In this document: one piece after another, positions 10,980-18,751 of the stretch
How the letters are laid out: every line of letters begins with the position of its first letter
Numbering within the stretch: the stretch's first letter is position 1
Program-made: the position numbers and the translations under genes
Assembly: GCA_035284985.1 (NCBI GenBank)
Contig: JAYKIC010000635.1
Span: forward strand, 1 to 33,127
DNA from: Leptolyngbyaceae cyanobacterium
GTDB lineage: Bacteria > Cyanobacteriota > Cyanobacteriia > CAKZMO01
Length of the DNA stretch: 33,127 nucleotides
Direction: 5' to 3'
The notes under the pieces: model-generated
Seen by the model: the letters and a program-made list of their open reading frames with translations, nothing else
What the model was told of the DNA's origin: nothing
Databases searched by the model: none

Positions 10980-11882
10980 TTAGATTGCCTCAACCGTCAT
11001 CGTAATCACCGTTTCCACCGTATCCTGGGGCGCTACGGTCAACAAATGGGTGCCCGTATTCATCGAGTTACGCGGACCCGTCCATGGCTCCAAGCAGTAG
11101 AAGTCCTTACCTTTCACGGCCCAAAAGACTAGGGTGGAATAGTGTTCATCAAACTCAATGGTCAATTTAGATTGCCGTGCCGGATCAGTGACCTGAGCCG
11201 TATTGCCTGTTAGGTTGATGAAGGCAAAATCAATTTCATCTTGGCTAAAATCAAACTGCCCCGGAAACGCTTGCACCTCTGGTGCCCCTTTTATTTGATA
11301 TTCAGTGGAGGGCAATGTGATGCCCAGTTGAGGCTTAACCGTTTCGTCCACGGCAAAGTAGGGATGAATTCCCGTGGAAAAGGGCATGGGCTTGTCGGAC
11401 AAATTGGTGTGACGCTGCCGTAGTTCCAGGGTATTGCCCCGCAGTGTGTAAATGTAGTTCAACTCAAACTCAAAGGGGTAGACCGCTAGGGTTTCGGCAC
11501 TACTTTTCAACGTGACCGTCACACTGGCCCCGCCATCGGTCGATTGTTGCGTGACCGCCCAACTAGACGTGCGGCCAAATCCATGTTGCACTAATTGGTA
11601 GGGCTGACCATCGACCGTGTACGTATCATCAATCAAATTACCGCAGATGGGAAACAGAAGGGGAATACCGCCCCGAATTGACAATGCGGGATCTTTGAAC
11701 CGCTCCCCATCTAAGTAGAACACTTCCTGGCCAGCCAGTTGCCAACTGATGATAATGCCACCCCGTTCTGGCACCACTTCCACCTGCGCCTGGGTGGTCG
11801 AATCGGAAAGAACGTAGGTTTTGTACTGACGCTGCTCAACTGCGATCGCAAACATAAACGGTTCACCAAAAACAACTGACAT
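10980..11882 (-). CDS. Aldose 1-epimerase (galactose mutarotase-like) family protein
   Basis: GIPLLFPICGN, HGFGRTSSW, TGIHPYFAV and CLEPWTGP match mutarotase-fold motifs. I chose the ATG at 11882 (MSVVFGEP...) over the track start at 11954, which overlaps the upstream gene. Confidence 0.8.
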   Translation of the reverse strand: MSVVFGEPFMFAIAVEQRQYKTYVLSDSTTQAQVEVVPERGGIIISWQLAGQEVFYLDGERFKDPALSIRGGIPLLFPICGNLIDDTYTVDGQPYQLVQHGFGRTSSWAVTQQSTDGGASVTVTLKSSAETLAVYPFEFELNYIYTLRGNTLELRQRHTNLSDKPMPFSTGIHPYFAVDETVKPQLGITLPSTEYQIKGAPEVQAFPGQFDFSQDEIDFAFINLTGNTAQVTDPARQSKLTIEFDEHYSTLVFWAVKGKDFYCLEPWTGPRNSMNTGTHLLTVAPQDTVETVITMTVEAI

Positions 11883-11943
11883 TACCGTCTCACAAAACGG
11901 AGAAAATTTGCGCTCGAATCCTGGTTTTTCTGTCGATGAAACA

Positions 11944-14157
11944 CTAGGCCACAATACTGATGGAGTGGCCCGATCGCAATTGGATATTATTCCAAGAACA
12001 GATTAACCCCTGTGGGCCTGGATCAATGATTCCGGTGGGCATGGGGGTCCGAATCCAATCAACGCCTTGGCGACGCAGTTCAAACAGGGAAATCGCACCC
12101 AAGTGGTTAATGCCCCCCACCGTTTGCAGCAGGGAAACAATATTGGAGGTGTAGACCGGGTTGCCAAATCTCCACCCTTTCCCATCCGTGCCGCCATTAA
12201 TCGGATTTAAAAAGCGGTAGAGGCGGATCAGGAGCGATCGCTCAATTTCCTCCTGGGCCTGTTGGTTGGCATAGTCGGGGTCCAAGCCCACCTCAATTTT
12301 GACCGATACCCCCACATAATTAGGCTCCTGAATCCGCACCTGGATGCCCAACATGCGCCGCTCATCGAGGAACTCCAGCACATTTTGGCGCAATTCATCG
12401 GAGAGGGTGAACCGCTCAGGACTGAGGCCCATGGCTTGGTCGATGGGAGCCGTATCCACACGGGGCACCACCAGCAAATCAACCGTCCCTTGGCGACCAT
12501 TGCCGGATGACTCCCTCGGACACTGGACCCGGGCAACGGCATGGCTGGACTGGAGGGCCAAGGCTTCAAAATCCTCAGCGGTGATGGCGCGATCGCGGGT
12601 TCGCAGCAAACGCGGCACTCGAATCACGGCATCTTCAAGGGATTCAGCATCAGCCCCATCCCGCGCCGCCTGATGATTGGTGACTTGAGCCACATAGGGC
12701 ACCGCCGACTTAAGAATCCGTAAGGTGCCTGTTTGGACATTGCCCCGATTGCCCCCACCGGATCGATAGGTAGACATCCGAATGATGGCCCCCTTGGGTG
12801 GCACCGCTCCATACTGCCGCTCCATCAACTTCACCGCAGCGGGTTCTAATCCAGTGGCTTCACTGGCAGTCCGTTCGGTGGTTTGGCCTGGGGGCGCTTG
12901 AATTCTGGCCCGTAAACGGGTGTCATCCCGGAGCATGGCAGGTTCGCGCACCAGTGGCCCAAACTGAATCTCTCCGGTGATGGAGTCCAGGGTGTAGTGG
13001 CGATCATCAGGACCAGAGTTGGCAAAATCACTGACTTCTTGCCAATTTTGGGGCAATCCATTGGGTGGGGTGAGAACCAAGTGTTCCGCTTCAGCCTCGC
13101 GGGGGAGGATCTTGCCACTTTGCAATTGGAACCGTTGCCCCGGATTGCCATCGCTTTCGCCCACAATCTCATCGCGGATAATGGCACATTGATGGGCATG
13201 GGCCATGCCGCCAATGGCACGGGCGCTGATCCCCACTAATGTCGGAGAACGGCTGTAGGCGGATTGGTTTTGGGTTTGGTCATAAACGCAGCGCAGCCAG
13301 CGCCCGGTATAGCTGCCGAAGTAGGTGGCAGGCCAAGCCATGGGCAAATGCAAGCGCACGTCTGCGGTTTGAATGCCATTGCCTTCGTTGTTACCCGTGG
13401 TGTCAAAACTAAAGCCACGGGTGCCATCGTCTGCTTCCACTCGCAAAATCGGTTGCCACTGCTGCCCGTTCCACGCTTCCCAGCGGCGGGGCGGGGAGTC
13501 TGGATTGATCCCGGTGGATTCGGCGGGTTCTCCCTGGAGGGTGACGGCAATCACATTGCCGTCTAGGGGTTCGTTTGGATCAAAGACGAGATAGAAACAG
13601 TTGCCGGGTTGGGGGCGATCGCTAAAAATCGTTTGTTCCCGGCCACTCCAGATGCCATCGCTTTCGGACCAGATTGAGGAGAAGCGATCGCGCAAATCCT
13701 GGGGCCGATCCTCTGCCCGTTCCGCCGTCAAAAAATGCCGCACCACCGGAACCCCAATGACCAACGGATGAGTGGTACTAAAAATCACCGCTTCATCCGT
13801 TTCCGTCCGCTCCGTCGCCACCTCCACCCCCGCCGGGATGGTATAGCGCTCGGCACGGGCTGCGGCCAGATAGAAAGTAATATCGGTCTGAGCCGGAGTC
13901 GCCGCCTGTAAGCGAATCCCCAACATTTCCAAAAACGCCACATAGTTACGCCGGGGCACTTGGTTGAACCGTAGCAACATCTGGTCGGTCAGCCAAGCGA
14001 ACATTTCAATCAGGGTAACGCCCGGATCAGCGGCATTGTAGTTAGTCCACTCTGGACAGTAACGGGGAATTCGCAACAAACACTCGTCCACCAAGTCGTT
14101 AAAGGTGCGATCGTCGAGGTCGGATTTGGGTAGTTTGGGGAGAAAATCAAAGTCCAT
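11944..14157 (-). CDS. CIS/phage-tail baseplate protein, Baseplate_J (gp6/gpJ, Afp11/Cis11-like)
   Basis: The N-terminus MDFDFLPKLPKSDLDDRTFNDLVDECLLRIPRYCPEWTNYNAADPGVTLIEMFAWL matches the usual start of putative baseplate assembly proteins in eCIS loci. It sits next to a gp25 gene. The track start at 14256 is a GTG inside a repeat element and is rejected. Confidence 0.85.
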   Translation of the reverse strand: MDFDFLPKLPKSDLDDRTFNDLVDECLLRIPRYCPEWTNYNAADPGVTLIEMFAWLTDQMLLRFNQVPRRNYVAFLEMLGIRLQAATPAQTDITFYLAAARAERYTIPAGVEVATERTETDEAVIFSTTHPLVIGVPVVRHFLTAERAEDRPQDLRDRFSSIWSESDGIWSGREQTIFSDRPQPGNCFYLVFDPNEPLDGNVIAVTLQGEPAESTGINPDSPPRRWEAWNGQQWQPILRVEADDGTRGFSFDTTGNNEGNGIQTADVRLHLPMAWPATYFGSYTGRWLRCVYDQTQNQSAYSRSPTLVGISARAIGGMAHAHQCAIIRDEIVGESDGNPGQRFQLQSGKILPREAEAEHLVLTPPNGLPQNWQEVSDFANSGPDDRHYTLDSITGEIQFGPLVREPAMLRDDTRLRARIQAPPGQTTERTASEATGLEPAAVKLMERQYGAVPPKGAIIRMSTYRSGGGNRGNVQTGTLRILKSAVPYVAQVTNHQAARDGADAESLEDAVIRVPRLLRTRDRAITAEDFEALALQSSHAVARVQCPRESSGNGRQGTVDLLVVPRVDTAPIDQAMGLSPERFTLSDELRQNVLEFLDERRMLGIQVRIQEPNYVGVSVKIEVGLDPDYANQQAQEEIERSLLIRLYRFLNPINGGTDGKGWRFGNPVYTSNIVSLLQTVGGINHLGAISLFELRRQGVDWIRTPMPTGIIDPGPQGLICSWNNIQLRSGHSISIVA

Positions 14158-14161
14158 AGGG

Positions 14162-14203
14162 GTGAGTGGGTGAGTGAGTGGGTGAGTGAGTGAGTGAGTG
14201 AGT
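14162..14203. repeat. Tetranucleotide microsatellite (GTGA/GTGG, about 10.5 units) 5 nt upstream of the baseplate-J start codon
   Basis: GTGAGTGGGTGAGTGAGTGGGTGAGTGAGTGAGTGAGTGAGT is read directly; on the mRNA strand it is (CACT/CACC)n. Confidence 0.9.
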
Positions 14204-14227
14204 TCCTGATTCTCAGCATCTTGCTGG

Positions 14228-14348
14228 TACCTGTTTACTGGAGCCGAAAGACCCACCCCTAGCCCCTCCTTGGAGGGGAATAGACTCTAGTCTAGGTTGT
14301 CCATCAACTGCTATCTCCTCTCTAGAGAGGGGTTGGGGGTGTGTTAAT
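14228..14348. repeat. MITE-like dispersed element, copy 1 (about 120 bp, two internal hairpins)
   Basis: TACCTGTTTA...GACCCACCCCTAGCCCCTCCTTGGAGGGG...ATCAACTGCTA...CTCTAGAGAGGGGTTGGGGGTGTGTTAAT aligns along its length with 18041-18160 and, inverted, with 26481-26596. Confidence 0.8.
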
Positions 14349-14351
14349 GTG

Positions 14352-14376
14352 GGTGCCCAGTCTCTGGCTGGGCACC
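14352..14376. repeat. Perfect hairpin GGTGCCCAG-TCTCTGG-CTGGGCACC (same family as 16431-16486)
   Basis: The 9-bp stem is read directly. A near-identical unit occurs at 16431-16455. Confidence 0.8.
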
Positions 14377-14431
14377 AGTTACCAGTTATTGTTTACTCCC
14401 TAATGTCCTAACTCCAAAACGCCCCAATGCT

Positions 14432-14857
14432 TTAACTCTGGGTGGCATTGAGATAAAACGGATAAACGAGACTCCTGATATCATGACTATCCTTGGGATG
14501 GTAACGAATCACAATGTTGACTAATCCTCGTAGGGGGTCTGGTTCTGTTGCTACTTCATCTAAGACTATCCGAGGCTCCCACTTTTCTAGCGCTTCCTGC
14601 ACACAGAGCCGAATCATCAGTAGGGTCTGTCCATTCATCGGCGCGAAGACTAAATCGGATAACCGACAGCCAAAATTAGGCCGATAAACCCGTTCCCCCA
14701 CCCGCGTTTTCAAGATAATCCGAATTGATTCATCCAGATTATGGCCTCCAGCGGTTAGCTGAAAATTGCCCTGCACACTGAGGCGGACGGGAAATCCCAC
14801 TCCTTGACCCAGGGGACCGTGGTTCCCATTAGCAGCATTGGACAGCGGTTCTGGCAT
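14432..14857 (-). CDS. GPW/gp25-family baseplate wedge protein (Afp9/Cis9-like)
   Basis: 141 aa. SIRIILKTRVGERVYRPNFGCRLSDLVFAPMN is the hallmark gp25 core. Confidence 0.9.
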   Translation of the reverse strand: MPEPLSNAANGNHGPLGQGVGFPVRLSVQGNFQLTAGGHNLDESIRIILKTRVGERVYRPNFGCRLSDLVFAPMNGQTLLMIRLCVQEALEKWEPRIVLDEVATEPDPLRGLVNIVIRYHPKDSHDIRSLVYPFYLNATQS

Positions 14858-15061
14858 TGAATCATCTCCTTAGGCTATCGGGCGATCGGCGCGATGCCCT
14901 ACAGTTTACCGCTTTCCTCTGTATTTCTGGCGGAGAGCAAGAGTCTGTAATGTTGCTGTTACCGTTGTCGTTATCGTTTGCTTTGAGGTAAGGGGCGATC
15001 GCAAAAGACAGCCCTACTTAATGAGGACTATCCTTGCGGTTGGGGACGGGGGAGAGGAGTC

Positions 15062-16312
15062 TCAAGCCGCCTCTGTTACATCTTGTGATGGTTCCCCACG
15101 CCGATATTCATCCAAGCCTTGAGCTTCAATGGTTTTCCAGGTAGCGATCGCCTGCCCAAACTGAGCGTGAAGGAGTTCGAGATCATTGTGGAGGGCCGCT
15201 TCCAATTTTTGCGTTTCCATTGCAATCCAGTTTTCGATCCACTGCTTTTTCAACTGATCGGCTTGGGGTTTGCTCAATCCTTGGACATCAACATCAGGTT
15301 CGGGGCAACGGTCAGGTAAGCTTTCTAGCTCTGCTTGAAAGTGTTGTTTGCGTCCCGCGATCGCCTTGACCCCCAAGTCCTCAAAATCCGCAACTCTCTC
15401 CTGGGCGAAGTGGGCTTGAGTGAGACCCTGCGCCTGTTCTACGCTGCGGATATGGCGCGGAGGCCGGGGGTTAGCCACATACTGAAGACAGGCATCCAAT
15501 CGAACAAGGAGGAGGGCATCGAGAGCTGGGATGGTGTCACCAGGGATGTGAACCTCATAGCCAGGAATGAGTTCACCACAGGCTTCGGGAATCTCGAAGC
15601 GATCGCTTTGGACCTTTGCCACCAAGAGGTTGATGACAATGGGTATGGCCGCACTCGCCAAAGCCAGGGGAATGCCAGCGGGGAAGGAGACAATGAGCGC
15701 AATGATGCCTTCCGCAGTGATGGCAGCGATCGCCATAGCTTTTTCGGACTTGGGTTCTTCGGCCCAATATTGCGCCTCGACTTGCTGCACCAACTCCTTT
15801 TGACACTGATACTGATAGCGTTGGAAAACGGTAGGCTGCTCTAATTCATTGCATTCAGCCCGGAGTTGGGCAAGGGTCTGAAGGACGTTGTAGCGCATCC
15901 GTCGCCGCATGAGATAGCGGGTGGCATAGATATCGGTGAGGACGGCTGAGGCACCCCCGGCGATCGCCCCACCCGCAGCGGCAATGGGTCCGCGCCCGGT
16001 GGCCGAGACGAGGCCCATCGCACTACTGCCGACCACCAGTGCCCCAAAAATTCCCACGGCGGCGGTAATCAAGTGCTGGAGGGGGGCAGGCCAAGCGGAA
16101 CGCTCCACAATACCGAGTTGTTCGCATTGCTGGAGAGCAATGTGTGTGTGACTCATTTCTTCGATATAACCCTTGACCTTGCCGCGATCGTTTTCGCCGA
16201 GGCGCTGCTGGGTGACATCATCTGACAGTAGGAGCCACGCTCGAATCAAGCGAATGAACGTCTGATAGGGTAGGGGGAGATTATGAAATTTTTCTTGCAA
16301 TTTGTCGGACAT
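15062..16312 (-). CDS. Hypothetical membrane protein with glycine-zipper helices and a C-terminal coiled-coil region
   Basis: 416 aa. Two hydrophobic blocks are present: AAVGIFGALVVGSSAMGLVSATGRGPIAAAGGAIAGGASAV (Gly/Ala-zipper-like) and AIAAITAEGIIALIVSFPAGIPLALASAAIPIVINLLV. I recognised no family. Confidence 0.6.
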   Translation of the reverse strand: MSDKLQEKFHNLPLPYQTFIRLIRAWLLLSDDVTQQRLGENDRGKVKGYIEEMSHTHIALQQCEQLGIVERSAWPAPLQHLITAAVGIFGALVVGSSAMGLVSATGRGPIAAAGGAIAGGASAVLTDIYATRYLMRRRMRYNVLQTLAQLRAECNELEQPTVFQRYQYQCQKELVQQVEAQYWAEEPKSEKAMAIAAITAEGIIALIVSFPAGIPLALASAAIPIVINLLVAKVQSDRFEIPEACGELIPGYEVHIPGDTIPALDALLLVRLDACLQYVANPRPPRHIRSVEQAQGLTQAHFAQERVADFEDLGVKAIAGRKQHFQAELESLPDRCPEPDVDVQGLSKPQADQLKKQWIENWIAMETQKLEAALHNDLELLHAQFGQAIATWKTIEAQGLDEYRRGEPSQDVTEAA

Positions 16313-16360
16313 GGTTATTGTCTATCCTGTAGTGAATGTTGGTTAATCCGATTCCCTGTG

Positions 16361-16486
16361 TCCCAGCGTCTCGCTGGGATACTCCCAGAGGCTCTGCCTC
16401 AGAATTGTCTGGAGCCAGAGGCTCTGTTGGGGTGCCCAGTCTCCGGCTGGGCACCAGAGGCAAGTCTCCGGCTGGGCACCAGAGGC
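16361..16486. repeat. Array of GC-rich hairpins and short direct repeats in the intergenic space of the minus-strand cluster
   Basis: Hairpin CCCAGCG-TC-TCGCTGGG lies at 16361-16379. CCAGAGGC occurs four times. Hairpin GGTGCCCAGTCTCCGGCTGGGCACC lies at 16431-16455. GTCTCCGGCTGGGCACCAGAGGC is tandemly duplicated with a 25-nt period (16439-16461 and 16464-16486). Confidence 0.85.
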
Positions 16487-16501
16487 TAGACGGGAGCGGG
16501 A

Positions 16502-17260
16502 CTAGGATTGGGTTTGTCGGGCACGTTCAAAGGTTTGGCGGATGCAGCTTTGATGTTCGGCGACACTGCATATCCGGAGGTTGGGGTTCTGGGCACTGAG
16601 ATCATCTAACTCTTGGCGCAACGTTCCGGTAGGGCCAATGATTGTAACGTGTCCCTTCTGTTTGGTGATTTGGTTGATTTGGCTGCCCAGGATGGTGAAA
16701 TCAAGGGCAGGAAGACCGGGGCCAGGTTCAGCGGCTTGCAGCCAAATGATGGCAGCGATCGGGTAATCGTTTCCGGCGGTGCGTTGGATATCTATTTGGC
16801 AGAGAATGCGGTCCATTAAGACGATGGGAGAGGTTCCGGTGCCTTGGCCGACGGTATTGGGATGGGGCTGATTACTTTTAAAGACGTTACAGCGGGCGAA
16901 CAGTTGGGTAACGTTTTCCACTGCGCTGCTCCGGGTTGGTTCGGTGGTATCGGCAAAGAACAGGTCGATGGCGATGTCGTTGGGTTTGAGGCTCTGGGTC
17001 TGGTTGCGGCAGATGTGGTAGCCGATGGTGGGGTCAGCTAAGGCGGATTGGGAGACATCGCTGGCGAGGATGGCAATCACTTGCACGGTGCGGTACCACT
17101 CGATAATCGGGATGGCTCCAATGATGATGATCAAAGCAATGCCGAGCCAGAGTAGGGGCGATCGCCACAGTGGAGTCTGCTGGTTGGGGGTGGTTTGCCG
17201 TTGGGTGATTCGGCGGCGGCGGGAGCGGGAGCCAGGTGGAGCGAGGGTGGATTGACGCAT
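16502..17260 (-). CDS. Hypothetical N-terminally TM-anchored protein with a degenerate vWA-like alpha/beta domain
   Basis: 252 aa. An Arg-rich N-terminus and a TM helix (LLWLGIALIIIIGAIPII) come first. VIAILASDVSQS (DxSxS-like), GTGTS and AAIIWLQAAEPG follow in the order of vWA strands. The fold call is tentative. Confidence 0.5.
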   Translation of the reverse strand: MRQSTLAPPGSRSRRRRITQRQTTPNQQTPLWRSPLLWLGIALIIIIGAIPIIEWYRTVQVIAILASDVSQSALADPTIGYHICRNQTQSLKPNDIAIDLFFADTTEPTRSSAVENVTQLFARCNVFKSNQPHPNTVGQGTGTSPIVLMDRILCQIDIQRTAGNDYPIAAIIWLQAAEPGPGLPALDFTILGSQINQITKQKGHVTIIGPTGTLRQELDDLSAQNPNLRICSVAEHQSCIRQTFERARQTQS

Positions 17261-17276
17261 AAATTAAGTGTCCTGA

Positions 17277-17462
17277 TTAATTAGAAATGATAGGAGAGGG
17301 ATATTGCTGGTGGGTTGCTGGGGGGTGACTGAGCAGCAGTCCGAGACCGATGCCGAGGATGATTCCGGTGGTGCATCCTATCAGAAATAGGGAGAGGGGA
17401 GGGTGATGGGTGGCTGGAGGCGATCGCTCTTTCCTGGGATAACGATAATGTTGGCGGGTCAT
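17277..17462 (-). CDS. Small single-pass membrane peptide (61 aa)
   Basis: It is packed tightly between neighbours (16-nt and 30-nt gaps) on the same strand and has a central hydrophobic helix LSLFLIGCTTGIILGIGLGLLL. It could still be a spurious ORF. Confidence 0.4.
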   Translation of the reverse strand: MTRQHYRYPRKERSPPATHHPPLSLFLIGCTTGIILGIGLGLLLSHPPATHQQYPSPIISN

Positions 17463-17492
17463 GATGGTTGTGCTAAGTGTTGGGTCTATGGA

Positions 17493-17930
17493 TTAGTCGA
17501 GTTTGGATTGGAGGATGTGCTGGTGGGTGAGGCCAGGGGGCAAGTCCCGTCCGCCTTGGAGGTTGAGTAAGGGGTCCATGCTCTGAATCCGGGCACGTTC
17601 GATAATCTTGTGTTCCTTAGTAGGAAAGCAGGTGACGTAGAGGGCGCTGAGGGGGTTGCTGGAGATGGCCTGCTTTTGGGCCAGCAGTGCTTTAATTTGC
17701 TTGCTGCCGTTGCTGTGCTGGCGTAGGTGATTCTTCAGTCGATCGCGCATACTGCGTTTGGTGCGTCCGACATAGTGGATGTGGTAGCTATTGCTCCAAA
17801 ATCCGCTGGTGTAAGTGGCGATCGCATATACCCCCGATGTATCCAATGTCCTCGGTAGGTTGCTGGTATCGACTTCACCACGGGAGTTGACGGGGCATTT
17901 AATATACTTAGTCCAAGCCATTGGAGTCAT
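17493..17930 (-). CDS. GIY-YIG-like nuclease-domain protein
   Basis: 145 aa. GVYAI ... HYVGRTKRSMRDRLKNH ... KEHKIIERARI ... LLNLQGG follows the GIY-(10-11 aa)-YxG ... R ... E ... N order of the GIY-YIG superfamily. Confidence 0.6.
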   Translation of the reverse strand: MTPMAWTKYIKCPVNSRGEVDTSNLPRTLDTSGVYAIATYTSGFWSNSYHIHYVGRTKRSMRDRLKNHLRQHSNGSKQIKALLAQKQAISSNPLSALYVTCFPTKEHKIIERARIQSMDPLLNLQGGRDLPPGLTHQHILQSKLD

Positions 17931-18040
17931 TCCTTATTTTTGAAGGGATTAAACGATTAATAAAAAAGACAGCGCACAGCGTTTACGCCAGAGCGATCTT
18001 CAGAAAGATGGTGTTGTCCCCATTCCAGCGTTCAAAAGCG

Positions 18041-18182
18041 TACCTGTTTAGCGAGGCCGAAAGACCCACCCCTAGCCCCTCCTAGGAGGGGAAAAATGCT
18101 AGTCTAAATTGTTTATCAACTGCTAGCTCCCCTCTTGAGAGGGGTCGGGGGTGTGTTAATCACGTTGACGCTAAACACGTAC
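18041..18182. repeat. MITE-like dispersed element, copy 2 (longest copy)
   Basis: It is in the same orientation as copy 1. Its extension CACGTTGACGCTAAACACGTAC is shared only with inverted copy 3. Confidence 0.8.
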
Positions 18183-18207
18183 TCAAAAGCTGTATGTGTT
18201 TAGGCGT

Positions 18208-18432
18208 TTAGTCAGCGGTTTCCTCTTCTATCAGGCCATTGACGCTTTTACCCTTCTCGGTAACAAGGGGCAGTGGCATCGAATTGCCACTGGGTGCAAC
18301 GATCACTGGGAGAGGGGTATTGGGAAGGAACAATGCAGTCGTGCTCGATAACGCCCCGACCAGGTTAATCACGGTGATGATGGGTCCAGAGCGTTTGGCG
18401 ATCGCGTTCAAATGATTGCGAAGTAAGGACAT
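18208..18432 (-). CDS. Hypothetical small protein (74 aa), divergent from the VMAP-MoxR-vWA operon
   Basis: A strong Shine-Dalgarno sequence (AAGGAGG) lies 5 nt upstream of the ATG on the minus strand. I recognised no family. Confidence 0.5.
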   Translation of the reverse strand: MSLLRNHLNAIAKRSGPIITVINLVGALSSTTALFLPNTPLPVIVAPSGNSMPLPLVTEKGKSVNGLIEEETAD

Positions 18433-18591
18433 AGTGCCTCCTTAATGTCAGTAGGTTGTAATTAGGCCAATGGGATCACTTTCGCTTCGGTTACATCAGG
18501 AGATGTTGACCTCTCGTGTAACGTCTTTTGTGGAATGGTTTCCCGTTGCTCTATGTCAACTATCATGGAGGTTACAGGTGGGTGAAGTCAT

Positions 18592-18713
18592 CTGAGAATG
18601 GGGCAAAACCTCATGATCTTTTCTCAGGTATTTTCCTGAGTTTTGAATACTCCCCTGAGAACTCAGCCTCGTATAGAGGGATGACTGAGAATTGTGAGAA
18701 ACAGCCTGAGAAT
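18592..18713 (+). promoter_or_regulatory. Iterated CTGAGAA(T/C) octamers (candidate operator or iteron array) upstream of the VMAP-type gene
   Basis: CTGAGAAT occurs at 18592, 18685 and 18706, and CTGAGAAC at 18655. An inverted TTCTCAG lies at 18621, with partial CTGAG at 18636 and GTGAGAA at 18694. Spacings of 63, 30 and 21 nt approximate whole helical turns. Confidence 0.45.
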
Positions 18714-18751
18714 TTCCAGGTCGATGGTCATTGTGAGGCGGATTGAAGTGT

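Noticed and set aside
14158-14256. N-terminal extension of the Baseplate_J ORF (track start 14256, encoding ...LTHSLTHPLTHPLTP)
   Set aside because: That start is a GTG inside the MITE-like element, and the extension is just the translated tetranucleotide microsatellite. Homologue-like sequence begins at the ATG at 14157.
18528-18746. 72-aa plus-strand ORF upstream of the VMAP-type gene
   Set aside because: Its apparent internal periodicity (SEN, PEN, TEN, PEN) is a by-product of the CTGAGAA iterons. It has no start context and no family. It is better explained as regulatory DNA.
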